64,000 bases of DNA from Hormiphora californensis (lineage: Eukaryota > Animalia > Ctenophora). The position numbers were made by a program, and so were the translations under genes. The DNA lies in the NCBI GenBank assembly GCA_020137815.1, contig CM035360.1:2294001-2358000 (forward strand), given 5' to 3'. Positions 12,218 to 30,774 of this stretch are shown piece by piece. Under the pieces are notes generated by a model. It made no database searches, was not told the DNA's origin, and saw nothing but the letters and a program-made list of their open reading frames with translations. Numbering within the stretch: the first letter of the stretch is position 1; the number at the start of each line of letters is the position of its first letter.

Positions 12218-12980
12218 ATGCCATCCCGATCCCGATCTCGATCCCGGTCTAAAGACCGCAGATCCCGCTCAAAAGACAGGCGAGGTAAGGACAGCCGATC
12301 CAGGTCCCGATCCCGAGAACCCAAGTCCCGCCGAGGTAGATCCCGATCTCGCTCCAGATCCAGGTCCCGGGACCGAGGGTACAACAACAGGGCCTCCTAC
12401 AGGAACAATAACTACCGAGACAACTACCGTCGTGGGGGCGGAGGAGGGGGACGTGATCGAGATAGGTCTCCTGATTTCCGGAGATATAGTGCTGATTATT
12501 GGAAAAAGCAGGGTGGACCATCCTACAGGATTGGAAGGGATGGATCGTTCTATTATTATAGCGCTTGGGGCGGCAACCAGAAACCCTTTCGAGATACGGC
12601 CTGGTGACTGGACCTGCAGCCGGTGTAGGCAGAATAACTTTGCGAGGAATAGGGCATGTTACAGGTGCAGGGAGATGAAGGGGGATGCACCTGACACCCT
12701 TGAAGTTGCAAGGAGGGAGGCTAAAAGGGAGAGCAGTTCTCGATCCTCATCCAGGTCTTCTAGGTCCTCCTCAAGGAGTAGGAGCAGTAGGAGCTCCAGC
12801 AGGGGTGGAAGGAAGAGGAAGTCTGGGGGAGGTAGGGGAAGGAGCAGGTCTGGGTCTAGAAAAAAGGGAAGGAGCAGGTCCAGGACACCTCCACGCAGAC
12901 AGAGATCAGGATCTCCCCGGGGCAAGAGATCAGTTAGCAGAGGAAAGGAAGACGGGATGGAGGTGCAAGCTGCGTCGTAG
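12218..12980 (+). CDS. Intronless RS-rich protein with a RanBP2-type zinc finger (ZRANB2-like splicing factor); 1-bp frameshift near 12588
   Basis: RS repeats at both ends; RPGDWTCSRCRQNNFARNRACYRC. Removing one T from CCCTTTCGAG joins the two ORFs (KPF-EIRPGDW). Confidence 0.8.
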
Positions 12981-14120
12981 TCCCCAGGTATTATATTATC
13001 TCTTAAACAAGAAACTGATATCTTTATATTTTTAACAAAATATCCGTGTCGAAAATGTGATTTCTCTCTTTCAGCTCCTCTATCTTTCTCTCTTTAACAG
13101 GATGCTACAATATAGCCACAGTGTGCAAATTGCTATTTTCAAAGTTTTAACATGTCGAGTTTACCATTTTCACCCCCCCCCCCCCAAAGTCCAAACCGGC
13201 CTAAACCACCCCTAAACCATTTGTTAAGCACACCCCTCTTTATATAGCAATATGTCAGTTCAAGATCAGACTGCACCCAGCTGACACCCTTCTTTCCCCC
13301 ATTTCTAGTGGTTGTGTTGGTAAGATAGAGAGTTGTGTGAGATCCCTTTGATAATGTTTGATAATAAGGACTCACACATGTTTGATAATGTTTGATATGG
13401 AGATACACACATGTTTGATAATGTTTGATAAGAGGCGGTGCGGGGAGACACACGCAGAGATGCGGTATCATACTATAATAGCCTGATATCAGTCGCCAGC
13501 TATCCGATGTCTATCGTTTTTTGGCTGGTTTTATACACCCCTTTTATCGTTATACTATCTCTTCAGCGGTTAGAGAATGCTACGTTTCTCTCGTGTGTCA
13601 CACCATGTTTGACGCGAACTGGATTTTGCTAGGTATTATTGGCAGAACTCCCAGACATTTTATCAAGTGATTTTGGGGATAACTGAGAGAGGGCCAGTGT
13701 TGTTTGTACTTGCAAAGTTTTTTATTCTCTCTCGCTATATCTCTATCTATCTCTACTCTCTCGCTCTCATCTCTCTCTATATCTGGTCGCTCGGATGTTA
13801 GAGCGCTTAGGTCTGTAGATCTATGTACTCTCTATATGTCATCTCTCTCTCGAGAGAGAGAGAGAGAAGAGAGGCAGAGAGAGAGAGAGAGAGGAGAGAG
13901 GGGAGAGAGATGTAGTCTCCCCTATACCTCTATCTCCTCCTCTCTCTCTTCTCTCTCTATCTCGCTCTCTCCTCTCTCTCATCTCGCTTCTACTCTCTAA
14001 TCTCTCTCTCTCTCTCTCTCCTCTCTTCTCTCTCTCTCTTCCTCTCTCTCTCACCATGCTACACCTGTTAGTAGTCTCATTATTTCCACCTAACCTGTAC
14101 TCCCCTCCCTACCCCTACAG

Positions 14121-19520
<5,400 letters not shown>

Positions 19521-20259
19521 GAAATAAAGAATATTGACAGAATAATGTGTGAGAGAGAGATAGCAGATAATGTTTTGGGCCTGTCTGGCACTCCCAGGCC
19601 CCATTTTGATTCTCATAAACTGAGCGCTCAGATCGGGTCGGCGCCGCCAGAAAGTTTTGGGCAAGTTAATAATAATATATTGGGGACATTGAATTGTTTT
19701 GGATGCGAGAATGTGCACGTCACCAATACCAAAGTGTGGAGATATGTGTCTGCTTGTGATGTTTATACTATTCAAACTGTTTTTTAAATTTCTTGGACAC
19801 CAGGCCAGACAAGACCTGCTAAATTTTAGATGATCGTTTGGATTCTATTTAAAGTGAAATAAATGCCAAAATTGCCAAACTCATCTCAGCCGAATAGCAT
19901 GGTGGAACAAGGTTGTGTGTTTTCAGAAAATGCTGTCCTGAAAGCTGATCAACGGAGCAACAGTGGTGAGTAGATCGATACACGTGGGGGGGGGGGTCCC
20001 TTGCACATCTCAATAACACGAGCGACGTCTGTGTAGCTCCCCGGCCCTCTAGATGTATGTGTTGACTGATCCAGCATTTTATTCGAACCCTACTAACTAC
20101 ATCCCCGATCCCGTACCGGGTAACCTAACCCAGTTTGGGAACGGCGTATCCCCCTTTAGTCTTACCGGGGAAAGGAGAGAATGAGTGGGTCTCTCTTTCA
20201 CTCGCCCTCATCTCCAAAGAGACAGTCTGCAACAGAATACTGTTCTGAACAGTAGGGTT

Positions 20260-21233
20260 ACGGTGGCAGATTCCGGCCAAGTGTTTTTTCAATCAAGTGA
20301 AATATTTTTGTTTGAAGTTTTATAAAAATTTTATTTCAAAATAAAAATAAACATTTCGTTAAAATTATTGGCCGGAATCTGCCACGCGGGTGGCAGATTC
20401 CGGCCAAGATTCTCAAAAAACCTTGGCCAGAATCTGCCACACACGTAGCAGATTCTGGCCAACCAACTAAAACTTGTTTATATCAAAGCGAAAACTACTG
20501 TACCCGACTAGTTTTGATACGCTGAATCACGTAAGATACTTTTCCAATCCCTCAGAGGTCGGAAAAGTGTCATAATTGACCATAATTGGGTCTAATTGAT
20601 CCCACTTACAACTTTTTACCTTAAAACGATAGACGCTTATGTGAAGGCACTTTTCCGACTAATTTTGATACGCTGAATCACGAAAGCAACTTTTCCAAGT
20701 CCTCCGAGGTCGGGAAAATGCCTTAATTGGGTATAATTGGGTCTAATTAGTCTTAATTGCTCAATTAGGGCACTTTGCCGATCTCTGAGGACTTGGAAAA
20801 GTCGCTTACGTGATTTAGCGTATCAAAATTAGTCGGAAAAGTGCCTTCTCATAAGCGTCTATCGTTTTAAGGTGAAAAGTTGTAAGTGTGGTCAATTAGA
20901 CCCAATTATGGTCAATTATGACACTTTCCCGACCTCTGAGGGATTGGAAAAGTATCTTACGGGATTCAGCGTATCAAAATTAGTCGGGTACAGTAGTTTT
21001 CGCTTTGATATAAACAAGTTTTAGTTGGTTGGCCAGAATCTGCCACGTGTGTGGCAGATTCTGGCCAAGGTTTTTTGAGAATCTTGGCCGGAATCTGCCC
21101 ACCCGCGTGGCAGATTCCGGCCCAATAATTTTAACGACATGTTTATTTTTATTTTGAATTAAAATTTTTATAAAACTTCAAACAAAAATATTTCACTTGA
21201 TTGAAAAAACTCTTGGCCGGAATCTGCCACCGT
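20260..21233. mobile_element. ~975-bp palindromic (foldback) non-autonomous element, MULE-like
   Basis: The two halves are near-perfect inverted copies; 9-bp TSD AGTAGGGTT at 20251-20259 and 21234-21242. Confidence 0.88.
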
Positions 21234-21779
21234 AGTAGGGTTGCTATTTCAAAAATTCCAAGATGGACTAGAAAATCATTGTGCAGGTTCATGGGGATGC
21301 CAATTTCCGTTGTTAGATTGTTAGAACCACCCGGTGTTGAGATTGAGATATTGCCTGCAGTGTTATATAGGAGGACACAGCTCAGTGCGTTGGTGGACAT
21401 CACGTTGCAAAATTATCAAAGTGACTAGGTGGTCTCTCTCTCTATATCGCCCCCACATGTGTACGCCCAGCCTACCCCGGGCAGAGGGAGAGTGAGAGAG
21501 GAAGAGAGAGAGAAAAGTACCGGATTGTGGCTGAGGCGTCTAGCTCTCTTCACTACAATGATATTAAGCGGTCAGATGACAGGTCACGTGTTACAGACGC
21601 TGCTATTCTTGTGTAGCACTCCAAGAATTCTTTGCCTCTGATTATCTCTCCAATCTCTTCTATGTTTCTCACTCAAGTGTGGGTGTGCCAAAGATATGGT
21701 TATTGATTATTTTTCATAAAGATGGTATGAGGTGGAGCTGAAGGTGTCTGACTGTTTCATTATTTTATACTCGGTGATT

Positions 21780-21872
21780 CTAGAGAGAGAGACTCGAGAG
21801 AGAGAGAGAGAGAGGAGTAGAGAGAGCAGAGAAGAGAGAGAGCGGAGCGAAAAGAGAGAGAGAAGAGAGAAG

Positions 21873-21906
<34 letters not shown>

Positions 21907-22699
21907 AGAGAGAGAGAGAGAAGAGAGAGAGAGGGTAGAGCAAAGAGAGAGAGAGGGAGAGAAATCTCATACCTCTCTCTCTGGCTCTTCTCTCTCGTCT
22001 CTCTCTCTCTCTCTCTCTCTGCTCCTCTCTCTCTCATATCTCTCTCCTCTCTCTCTCGACGTTTACTCTCTCTCTCTCTCTCCTTTCTCTCTCTCTATCT
22101 CTCTCTCTCTCTCGGTTCTCTCTTCTCTATGTCTCTCTCTCTCTGTTCTCTCTCTATCTTCTCTATATCTTCCCTCGCTCTCTATCTATTCTCATCTCTC
22201 TCTCTCCTCTCTCTCAGTCCTTCTGACGGTGATTCGTATACCGGGTATCCTTTCCATTCCTCTTGTTTCTAGAACCCAGCCCTCGTTCCGTGATTACCTA
22301 CCATCAAAGGGTAGGCAGTTCTCTCCCAATCGATGGGTAAGCCATCAGGGATTTCAGGTACTCCTGCTATATCAATATTACAATGGTATGTGGGGAGATC
22401 TATCTCGGTCGCTGCCAATGTCATCAAATCAGGGATCATAACGTCGCTGGTCTGACCGTCTGTCTGCCATGTGTATCTCTTTCTCTCTCTATCTCTATCT
22501 CTCTCTCTATCTATATTATCGCGCTCTCTCTCTCTCTCTATCTCTCTCTCTCTTCTCTCTCTCCTATCATCTTCTATCTCTCGCTTCTCGCTCTATCTCT
22601 CCTCTCTATCTCTCTCTCTCTCTCTCTCTCTCGTCTCTCTCTTATCCATCTCGCTTCTCACCTCCTCTCTCTCTCTATCTCTTATCTCTCTCTCCTCTG

Positions 22700-22731
<32 letters not shown>

Positions 22732-22799
22732 ACTACTGGCAGAGTGGGAGCATTGTTGATGACTCTAACCACTTGCCCTTTTGAGCTGTAACCACAAAC

Positions 22800-22841
<42 letters not shown>

Positions 22842-22860
22842 AAGAGAGAGGGACAGAGAG
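21780..22860. repeat. Degenerate (GA)n/(CT)n microsatellite tracts. Similar tracts at 13720-14050, 17290-17365, 43420-43535, 45213-45300, 47300-47570, 60700-60780
   Basis: Low-complexity sequence seen directly. Confidence 0.9.
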
Positions 22861-22954
22861 GGACAGAGATCATAGAGGTAGGACTAAGAGGAAACTGAGA
22901 AGTGAGAGATATGAAAAACGATCAGTTTTAAGCCATCCGTAGTTCACTGCTTAA

Positions 22955-23287
22955 AGTGAGAGAGAACAGCAGGGATTTTCACAAAAAGTTATCTGGATAC
23001 TCCTTGATGGCTAACTAAAACTTTAGTGAAAACCGCATGTCTCTAGCATGTTTTTGAAAATCGAGCTAACACATGCGAGACGCACCATTATGGGCCTATA
23101 ATGGGCGTAAATTAATATTGTACATGCAGTTACGCCCATTATGGGCCCATTATGGTGCGTCTCGCACATGTGTTAGCTCAATTTTCAAAAACATGCTAGA
23201 GACATGCGGTTTTCACTAAAGTTTTAGTTAGCCATCAAGGAGTATCCAGATAACTTTTTGTGAAAATCCCTGCTGTTCTCTCTCACT
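22955..23287. mobile_element. Palindromic MITE with TTAA TSD and AG termini (Kolobok-like)
   Basis: TTAA at 22951-22954 and 23288-23291; arms are near-perfect inverted copies; degraded copy at ~48790-48896. Confidence 0.8.
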
Positions 23288-24108
23288 TTAATGTCATCAA
23301 ATCAGGGAAATACGAGAAAAACAAGTTGTTTTTTAACAAAACTAAAATTTAAAAACTCCAGAAACATTTTCCCCAGACACAGCTGGACTCACTTCTCGGT
23401 CTACTACAAATATATCCTACTGAATTATCTCCAGACTCAGAACACATGATCCCAGTCTGAGTGCACTGCAAATCAAAATGTCCATGAAACAGAAAAGTGT
23501 CCCTTAATTGCCACGTTCCTTGTCCTCTATAAAGTCTAGTCCACGTCCTTCCTCTCAGTGCGTCTCTCCCACATATATCCAGATCAGTCAAACTAAACGC
23601 TTTGAAGAATGGAGGGCTGCTAGGTCCGAGAGATCCCTTCGTACTCCATTAACCGGATATGAAAATATTAAAGGGAGGTGTTAGTATCAGAAAAGCCGTC
23701 TAAAGTGATGAGACATGATTTTAACTCTTGGCTAGAAAGTATTACCCCCCCCCCCCAATTCACTCGATACACCGCGTGTCTCTTGATTTACTTACTGTGT
23801 TCCCAATTCCAGGTAATACAGTAGAGATATGAAGCCCCTGTACCAAGTACCAGCTACAGTGTCGTTATAGTAACCCAGAATAGTACAACAATATTATCAG
23901 GAACACAGGAACATGGGAAAAGGTATGTGTCAAATATAATGTGTCAATTAATGATTTGTCTCCCCCCACGATAGTTGTTGTCAAATTAAACTGCATACAT
24001 AATGTAATGCCAAACAAAAGTGCCCTCTTTTGTTTTGCATTTCCAGTGAAAAGTTACTTGTAGCCTGTCCTATTTTTAACCCTTCATATAGTCACCTGTT
24101 CAACTTAC

Positions 24109-27100
24109 TTAACGGTTTACACTTGAGGTCATTTACACTGGTACTCCAGGTATAATCGTCGTTGCACGTAATTTCAGTATCACCACCTAGCAGGACGTGC
24201 TTCCGGTTGCAAATGATTGTTATGATCTTTCCAGGCTCTGCAGCTTCCCAGGATTCTTGTGTAGAATTCTTCACATCAAAGGCAGGGCAGGTAGGAGGGA
24301 CTAAATGGGGAAGAAGGAATACGGTTAGTTGCCATGGGAAAGGAGAATTGTTGGTTATACTTTTTAAGTGAGCCACTACAAATGTTGGCTAATTGCCGTT
24401 CTGGCTGTGACACCAGGCACAATAGCAATACTTATTTGCAGTTTTAAAGCTTCGAATATTACCTGCTCTGTAGAAATCAGATGCTGTGTCAGAATTGCTG
24501 AACAAGATCTTCTCGACAAAATCACCATCCCACCTTGGAACACAGTTGCTATATGAACTATTTGTGAACAGGAAGTTCAGCACCTCAACATCATTACATG
24601 TGATGATGAGGGCGGTCTCTGTTTTGGTGATCGTCCAAATCTTGTCCACCGCCACCGGGGGTTGTACTGGAAGGTCTGTGTAGCCGCTGGTGCAGTAGGA
24701 TATCGAATACTGCATTGGGGAGGAGAACTTTACCATCACAGCACCGATATAAATGCTGCCGTACATCTTCACATATATCTGGTCATTACTACCCAGTGTA
24801 GAACCAGTCTTTATCTGGAGAGTTGTTCTTTCCAGGTCCCAGGGTGTTTTCACACTCCGCTGTACAGCTGTCCACTCTTAAAAGAAATAGTGTCAAGAAA
24901 AGGGCTGTTTCAGATCGGTCCTGTAAAAATGAGGCCAGAGAACTCAAGTTTTAGCGGTTAGCCGATTGTTAACTATGCACACTGCACAGGCACCACCGGG
25001 TAAATTAATAAAATGTAGGTATATTGCTGTATTATTCACTTACCAATTGTATAACATATTGGTACATCACTTGACCAGGATCCATTCTCCTGACATATCA
25101 GTGTTGCAGTTCCCACAAGGATACGGGTGGCATCACATTTGATGGGGGCGATTGTTCCGGCTGGTGAAGTATTCCAGCTTCCTTGTATTGATCCATAAAC
25201 AGTAAATGCGGGACACGGTGGTTCTAAATAGAATAATAAATTTTTGTGAGCTAATGGCAGGAGATGTCATTTGTAGAGCTTTGGTTCACATTGTAGTTCA
25301 CTTTGGCTGAATCAGGCCATGTATCAAATATCAGATTATATTTGCTTTTTGCGGGGTCAATACTCAATATTTAATAGGATAACATGTGATCCTACCCCCA
25401 TTCCCCAATATAATACTGTGAACTACTCAAGTGGTAAACATGAAATTTATATCCTTACTTGCTCTGTAGACGTCAGATGCTGTGTCATGACTACTGCTAA
25501 ACTCGATCTGCTCCACAATATCACCACTCCACTTTGTAACACAGTTGCTCTCTGAACTATCTTTGAACAGGTAGTTCAGCACCTCAACATCACTACATGT
25601 GATGATGAACGCGGTCTTTGTTTTGGTAAACGTCCAGATCTTATCCACCTCAACCGGAGGCTGCACTGGCAGGTCTGTGTAGTAGTTGCAGTAGCCTATG
25701 TGATACTGCATTGGAGAGGAGAACTTCACACCCACCCCACTGATCGAAGCTGCTGCCCTTGTCATACATAATCACACTGATCTCCTCACACTACCCAGTG
25801 TAGAGTCCGTCTTTATCTGGAGAGGTGTTGCCTCCAGGTCCCATGGTATCTTCACACTCCGCTGTACAGCTGTCCAGCCTGAAAGAAAATACATTTAATC
25901 TCCCATCAAGGTCTATAGAATATCTGAACGTGGGGAAGTAAGAATAAGAATAAAATGTTAGTTCGGACAGCAGCACAATAGCAATATTTCTTTGCACCTA
26001 CAACTTAATAGAATATTACCTGCTCTGTAGAAATCAGATGCTTTATCAGAATTGCTGAACAAGATCTTCTCGACAACATCACCACCCCACTTTGAAACAC
26101 ACCACTTTGAACTATCTTTAAACAGGTAGTTCAGCACCTCAACATCATTGCATGTGATGATGATGGCAGTCTCTGTTTTGGTGATGGTCCAGATCTTATC
26201 CACCACCACCGGGGGTTGTACTGGCTGGTCTGTCCAGCCGCTGGTGCAGTAGCTTATATAATACTGCATTGTGGAGGAGAACTTCACACCCACATAACCG
26301 ATATAACTGCTGTCCTTGTCGTACATCTTCATGTAGATCAACTCATTACTACCCAGTGTAGAGTCCGTCTTTATCTGGAGAGTTGTTACTTCCAGGTACC
26401 AGGGTATATTCACACTCCGCTGTACAGCTGTCCACTCTGAAAAGAAATAGCGTGAAGAAAATGGCTGTATCAGATCGGTCCTGTAAAAATGAGGCCAGAG
26501 AACTCAAGCTTTAGCTGTTAGCCGATTGTTAACTGTGCCTTGTGTACTACATATAACACAAGGCACCACCGGGTAAATTAATAAAATATATTGCTGTATT
26601 ATTCACTTACCAAATTTATAACATATTGGTACATCACTTGACCAGGATCCATTCTCCTGACATATCAGTGTTGCAGTTCCCACAAGGATACGGGTGGCAT
26701 CACATTTGATGGTGGCGATTGTTCCGGCTGGTGAAGTATTCCAGGTTCCTTGTGTAGATCCCTCAACAGTAAATGCGGGACACGGTGGTTCTAAATAGAA
26801 GAATACATTTTTGTGAGCTAATGGCAGGAGATGTCATTTGTAGAGCTTTGGTTCATATTGTAGTTCACTTTGGCTGAATCAGGCCATGTATCAAATATCA
26901 GATTATATTTGCTTTTTGCGGGGTCAATATCAATATTCAATATTCAATAGGATAACATGTGATCCTACCTATAATACCCCCATTCCCCAATATAATACTG
27001 TGAACTACTCAAGTGGTAAACATGAAATTTATATCCTTACTTGCTCTGTAGACGTCAGATGCTGTGTCATGACTACTGCTAAACTCGATCTGCTCCACAA

Positions 27101-30100
27101 CATCACCACCCCACTTTGTAACACAGTTGCTCTCTGAACTATCTGTGAACAGGTAGTTCAGCACCTCCACATTGTTACATGTGATGATGAACGCGGTCTT
27201 TGTTTTGGTAAACGTCCAGATCTTTTCCACCCCCACCGGAGGTTGCACTGGCAGGTCTGAGTAGTAGTTGCAGTAGCCTATGTGATACTGCATTGGAGAG
27301 GAGAACTTCACACCCACCCCAATGATCGAGCTGCTGCCCTTGTCGACAGTCTGCACCCTGATCTCCTCACCACTACCCAGTGTAGAGTCCGTCTTTATCT
27401 GGAGAGTTGTTACTTCCAGGTCCCATGGTATCTTCACACTCCGCTGTACAGCTGTCCAGCCTGAAAGAAAATATATTTGATCTCCCATCAAGGTCTATAG
27501 AATATCTGATCATGGGGAAGTAAGAATAAAATGTTAGTTCGGACAGCAGCACAATAGTGATATTTCTTTGCACCTACAACTTAATAGAATATTGAGGGGG
27601 TGGCCAAGGCCAAAAAAAGCCAAACCCGCCCTGAAATCCGGGTCTGATCTGGCTTTTTTTGATCTGGCTTTTTTTGGCTTTTTTTGATCTGGCTTTTTTT
27701 GGCTTTTTTTGATCTGGCTTTTTTTGGATCTGGCTTTTTTTGGCCTTTTTTGGCTTTTTTTGATCTGGCTTTTTTTGATTTGGCAGTTTTGATCTGGCTT
27801 TTTTTGGCTTTTTTTGATCTGGCTTTTTTGATCTGGCTTTTTTTTGGCTTTTTTTGATCTGGCTTTTTTTGATCTGGCTTTTTTTGGCTTTTTTTGATCT
27901 GGCTTTTTTTAAATCAAACTTTTTTCGGTAAAAAAAATATTTCCCTATCGATATAAAATGATAAAACTAGATCAAAGAAGCCATTTTAAAGTATTTTTAG
28001 TGTCATACAGACCATATAATGTCAGAATTACATGCCAAAATGACCAAAAAAGTAGGGCCAAAAAAGCCAAAAAAAGCCAAACCCGCCCTAAAATCCGGGA
28101 TTGATCTGGCTTTTTTTGGCCTTGGCCCCCCCCCCCCATATTACCTGCTCTGTAGAAATCAGATGCTTTATCAGAACTGTCGAACGAGATCTGCTCTACA
28201 ACATCACCACCCCACTTTGTAACACAGTTGCCATTTGAAATATCTGCGAATAGGTAGTTCAGCACCTCCACATTATTACATGTGATGATGAAGGCAGCAT
28301 CTGTTTTGGTAATTGTCCAAATCTTATCCACCTCCACCGGGGGTTGTACTGGCAGGTCTGTCCAGCTGGTGCACCAGCCTATCACATACTGCATTGTGGA
28401 GGAGAACTTCACACCCACCCCACCGATAGAACTGCTGTCCTTATCGAACATCGTCACCCAGATCTCCTCACTACTACCCAGTGTAGAGTCCGTCTTTATC
28501 TGGAGAGGTGTTGCCTCCAGGTTCCAGGGTATCTTCACATTATTCCGCTCTACAGCTGTCCACTCTGAAAGGAAATGTCGTCAAGAAATGAGCTACATAT
28601 AATACATTGTGAAGATGATAATTGAGTGAAACTGTAAAAATGAGATCGGGGAACTTAAGTTTCAGCCGCCTTTGAATAGTGTCTTGTGTACGATACAAGG
28701 TGTCTGGGTGTCAGAGGGTAAATTAATAAAATGTATATTGCTGTATTATTCACTTACCAATTGTATAACATATTGGTAGATCACTTGACCACGATTCATC
28801 CTGCTGACATGTTAGTGTTGCACTTCCCACAAGTCTATGGTAGGCAGCACATTCGATAGTGGCAGTTGTCCATGGTGATGAGGCAGCCCAGCTTCCTTGT
28901 TTCGATCCCTTAACAGTAAAGGCGGGACACGGTGGCTCTAAATTAAAAATGAAATTTAAATAAGAAATTTAGATATTGAATTTTTGTGAGCCAATGTCAT
29001 GGAGAGATATGTCTGAACAAGGCCATGTGCTCCAATGGTGTTTGCTTTGTGCGGGGTCAACACTCAACACTCAATAGGACAACCTATTACACTATTACAT
29101 GTGATTCAACCCCCATACTGTGAACTACTCAAGTGGTAAACATTAAATGTATATCCTTACTTGCTCTGTAGAAGTCAGATGCTGTGTCAAGACTACTGCT
29201 AAACTCGATCTGCTCCACAACATCACCACCCCACTTTGTAACACAGTCGCTCTCTGAACTATCTGTGAACAGGTAGTTAAGCACCTCAACATCATTACAT
29301 GTGATGATGATGGCAGTCTCTGTTTTGGTGATTGTCCAGATCTTTTCCACCTCCCCCGGGAGTTGTACTGGCAGGTCTGTGTAGTCGTTGCAGTAGCCTA
29401 TAACATACTGCATTGGATAGGAGAACTTTATACCCGCACTACCGATAAAGCTGCTGTCCTTATCGAACATCGTCACCCTGATCTCTTCATCACTGCCCAG
29501 TGTTGAATCCGTCTGTATCTGGAGTGATGTTCCTTCCAGATCCCAGGGTATTTTCACACTCCGCTGTACAGCTGTCCACTCTGAAAGGAAATAAAGATTC
29601 AAGATTCAAGATCCCTTCAAGATTCAAGATTCAAATTAAAAAGTATTTAACAATAGGTGGGGTAGGAGGGGTGGGAGTAGGAGGGGTGGAGAGAGGGGTC
29701 AGAGGGGTAGGTGATGGGTTGAGAGCAAGGGTATGATAGGCGGGGTTATATTGAGTGTATATATATGGGTTGATGATGGTGTTAATCAGGCTGAGATTGA
29801 TGATGATTGATATGTGAGTCGGAAGACAATGACCACGGAGAGGTTCTATCATATCTCATCAAGACAAGGTTTATAGAATATCTGGGGAAGTAAGAAGTAA
29901 GGTTAGATGCCTATGGGAAATGAAAAATGTTGGTTAAAAGTCAATTGCCGTTCGTACAACAGCACAATAGCAATATTTCCTTGCACCTACAACTTAGAGT
30001 ACCTGCTATGTAGAAATCAGATGCTGTGTCAAGACTACTGCTAAACTTGATCTCCTCCACAACATCACCACCCCACTTCGGAACACAAGAGCTCTTTGAA

Positions 30101-30628
30101 CTATTTGTGAACAGGAAGTTCAGCACCTCCATATTGTTACACGCGATGATGATGGCGGTCTCTGTTTTGGTGATTGTCCAGATCTTATTCACCTCCACCG
30201 GGGATTGCACTGGCAGACCTGTCCAGCCGCTGGTGCAGTAGGATATATAATACTTCATTGGGGAGGAGAAATAGACACCCACATTACCGATAGAACTGCT
30301 GTCCTTGTCGTACATGTACACCCTGATCTGTTTATTACTACCCAGTGTAGAGTCCGTCTTTATCTGGAGAGGTGTTCTTTCCAGGTCCCAGGGTATCTTC
30401 ACATCCCGATGTACAGCTGTCCACTCTGAAAGGGAATGTCGTCAAGAAAAGAGCTACTAAATAAGATCTGGAATAAAAAATAGAATACCAGGTTCTAAAG
30501 ATAAAAACTATGAATATTGATAATATTCCGCTATTGTGTACCAATTACCAAGCTTTTTACCAACCTGCCGATAGAGCTGTGTACCATAAGGCAGCCACCG
30601 TCAGAAGATATACTGATGTGATGCGCAT
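24109..30628 (-). CDS. Secreted multidomain protein. Signal-peptide exon 30565-30628. ~140-aa module exons: 30003-30425, 29161-29580, 28145-28564, 27041-27460, 26020-26436, 25459-25878, 24463-24876. Sushi/CCP exons: 28758-28937, 26611-26790, 25044-25223, 24109-24300. 3' end unresolved
   Basis: Signal MRITSVYLLTVAALWYTALSA; 7 paralogous WTAV..IPWDLE..LQIKTDSTLGS..KIWTITKT..CN.VEVLNYLF..ASDFYRA exons; CCP pattern CPAF..C..H.LVG...TC...WS...P.C; all module exons are phase 1-1. Confidence 0.85.
27594..28137. mobile_element. MITE with G-rich TIR (GGCCAAGGCCAAAAAAAGCCA) and an internal (GATCTGGCTTTTTTT)n array; 5-bp TSD ATATT
   Basis: ATATT at 27589-27593 and 28138-28142; the empty site is seen in the paralogous intron at 26011-26020. 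Confidence 0.85.
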
Positions 30629-30774
30629 CGCTTCAACCAGTAGATATTCAACACAGTAGATATTCAACACATTAGAACATAATGCTATAGGGGTATTACG
30701 ATTTTTGTCAGTTCTCTCAATCTCTCCCTTTCTCTCTCCAACAACCTTTATCTTTATCTCCATTAAAGTTTAAA

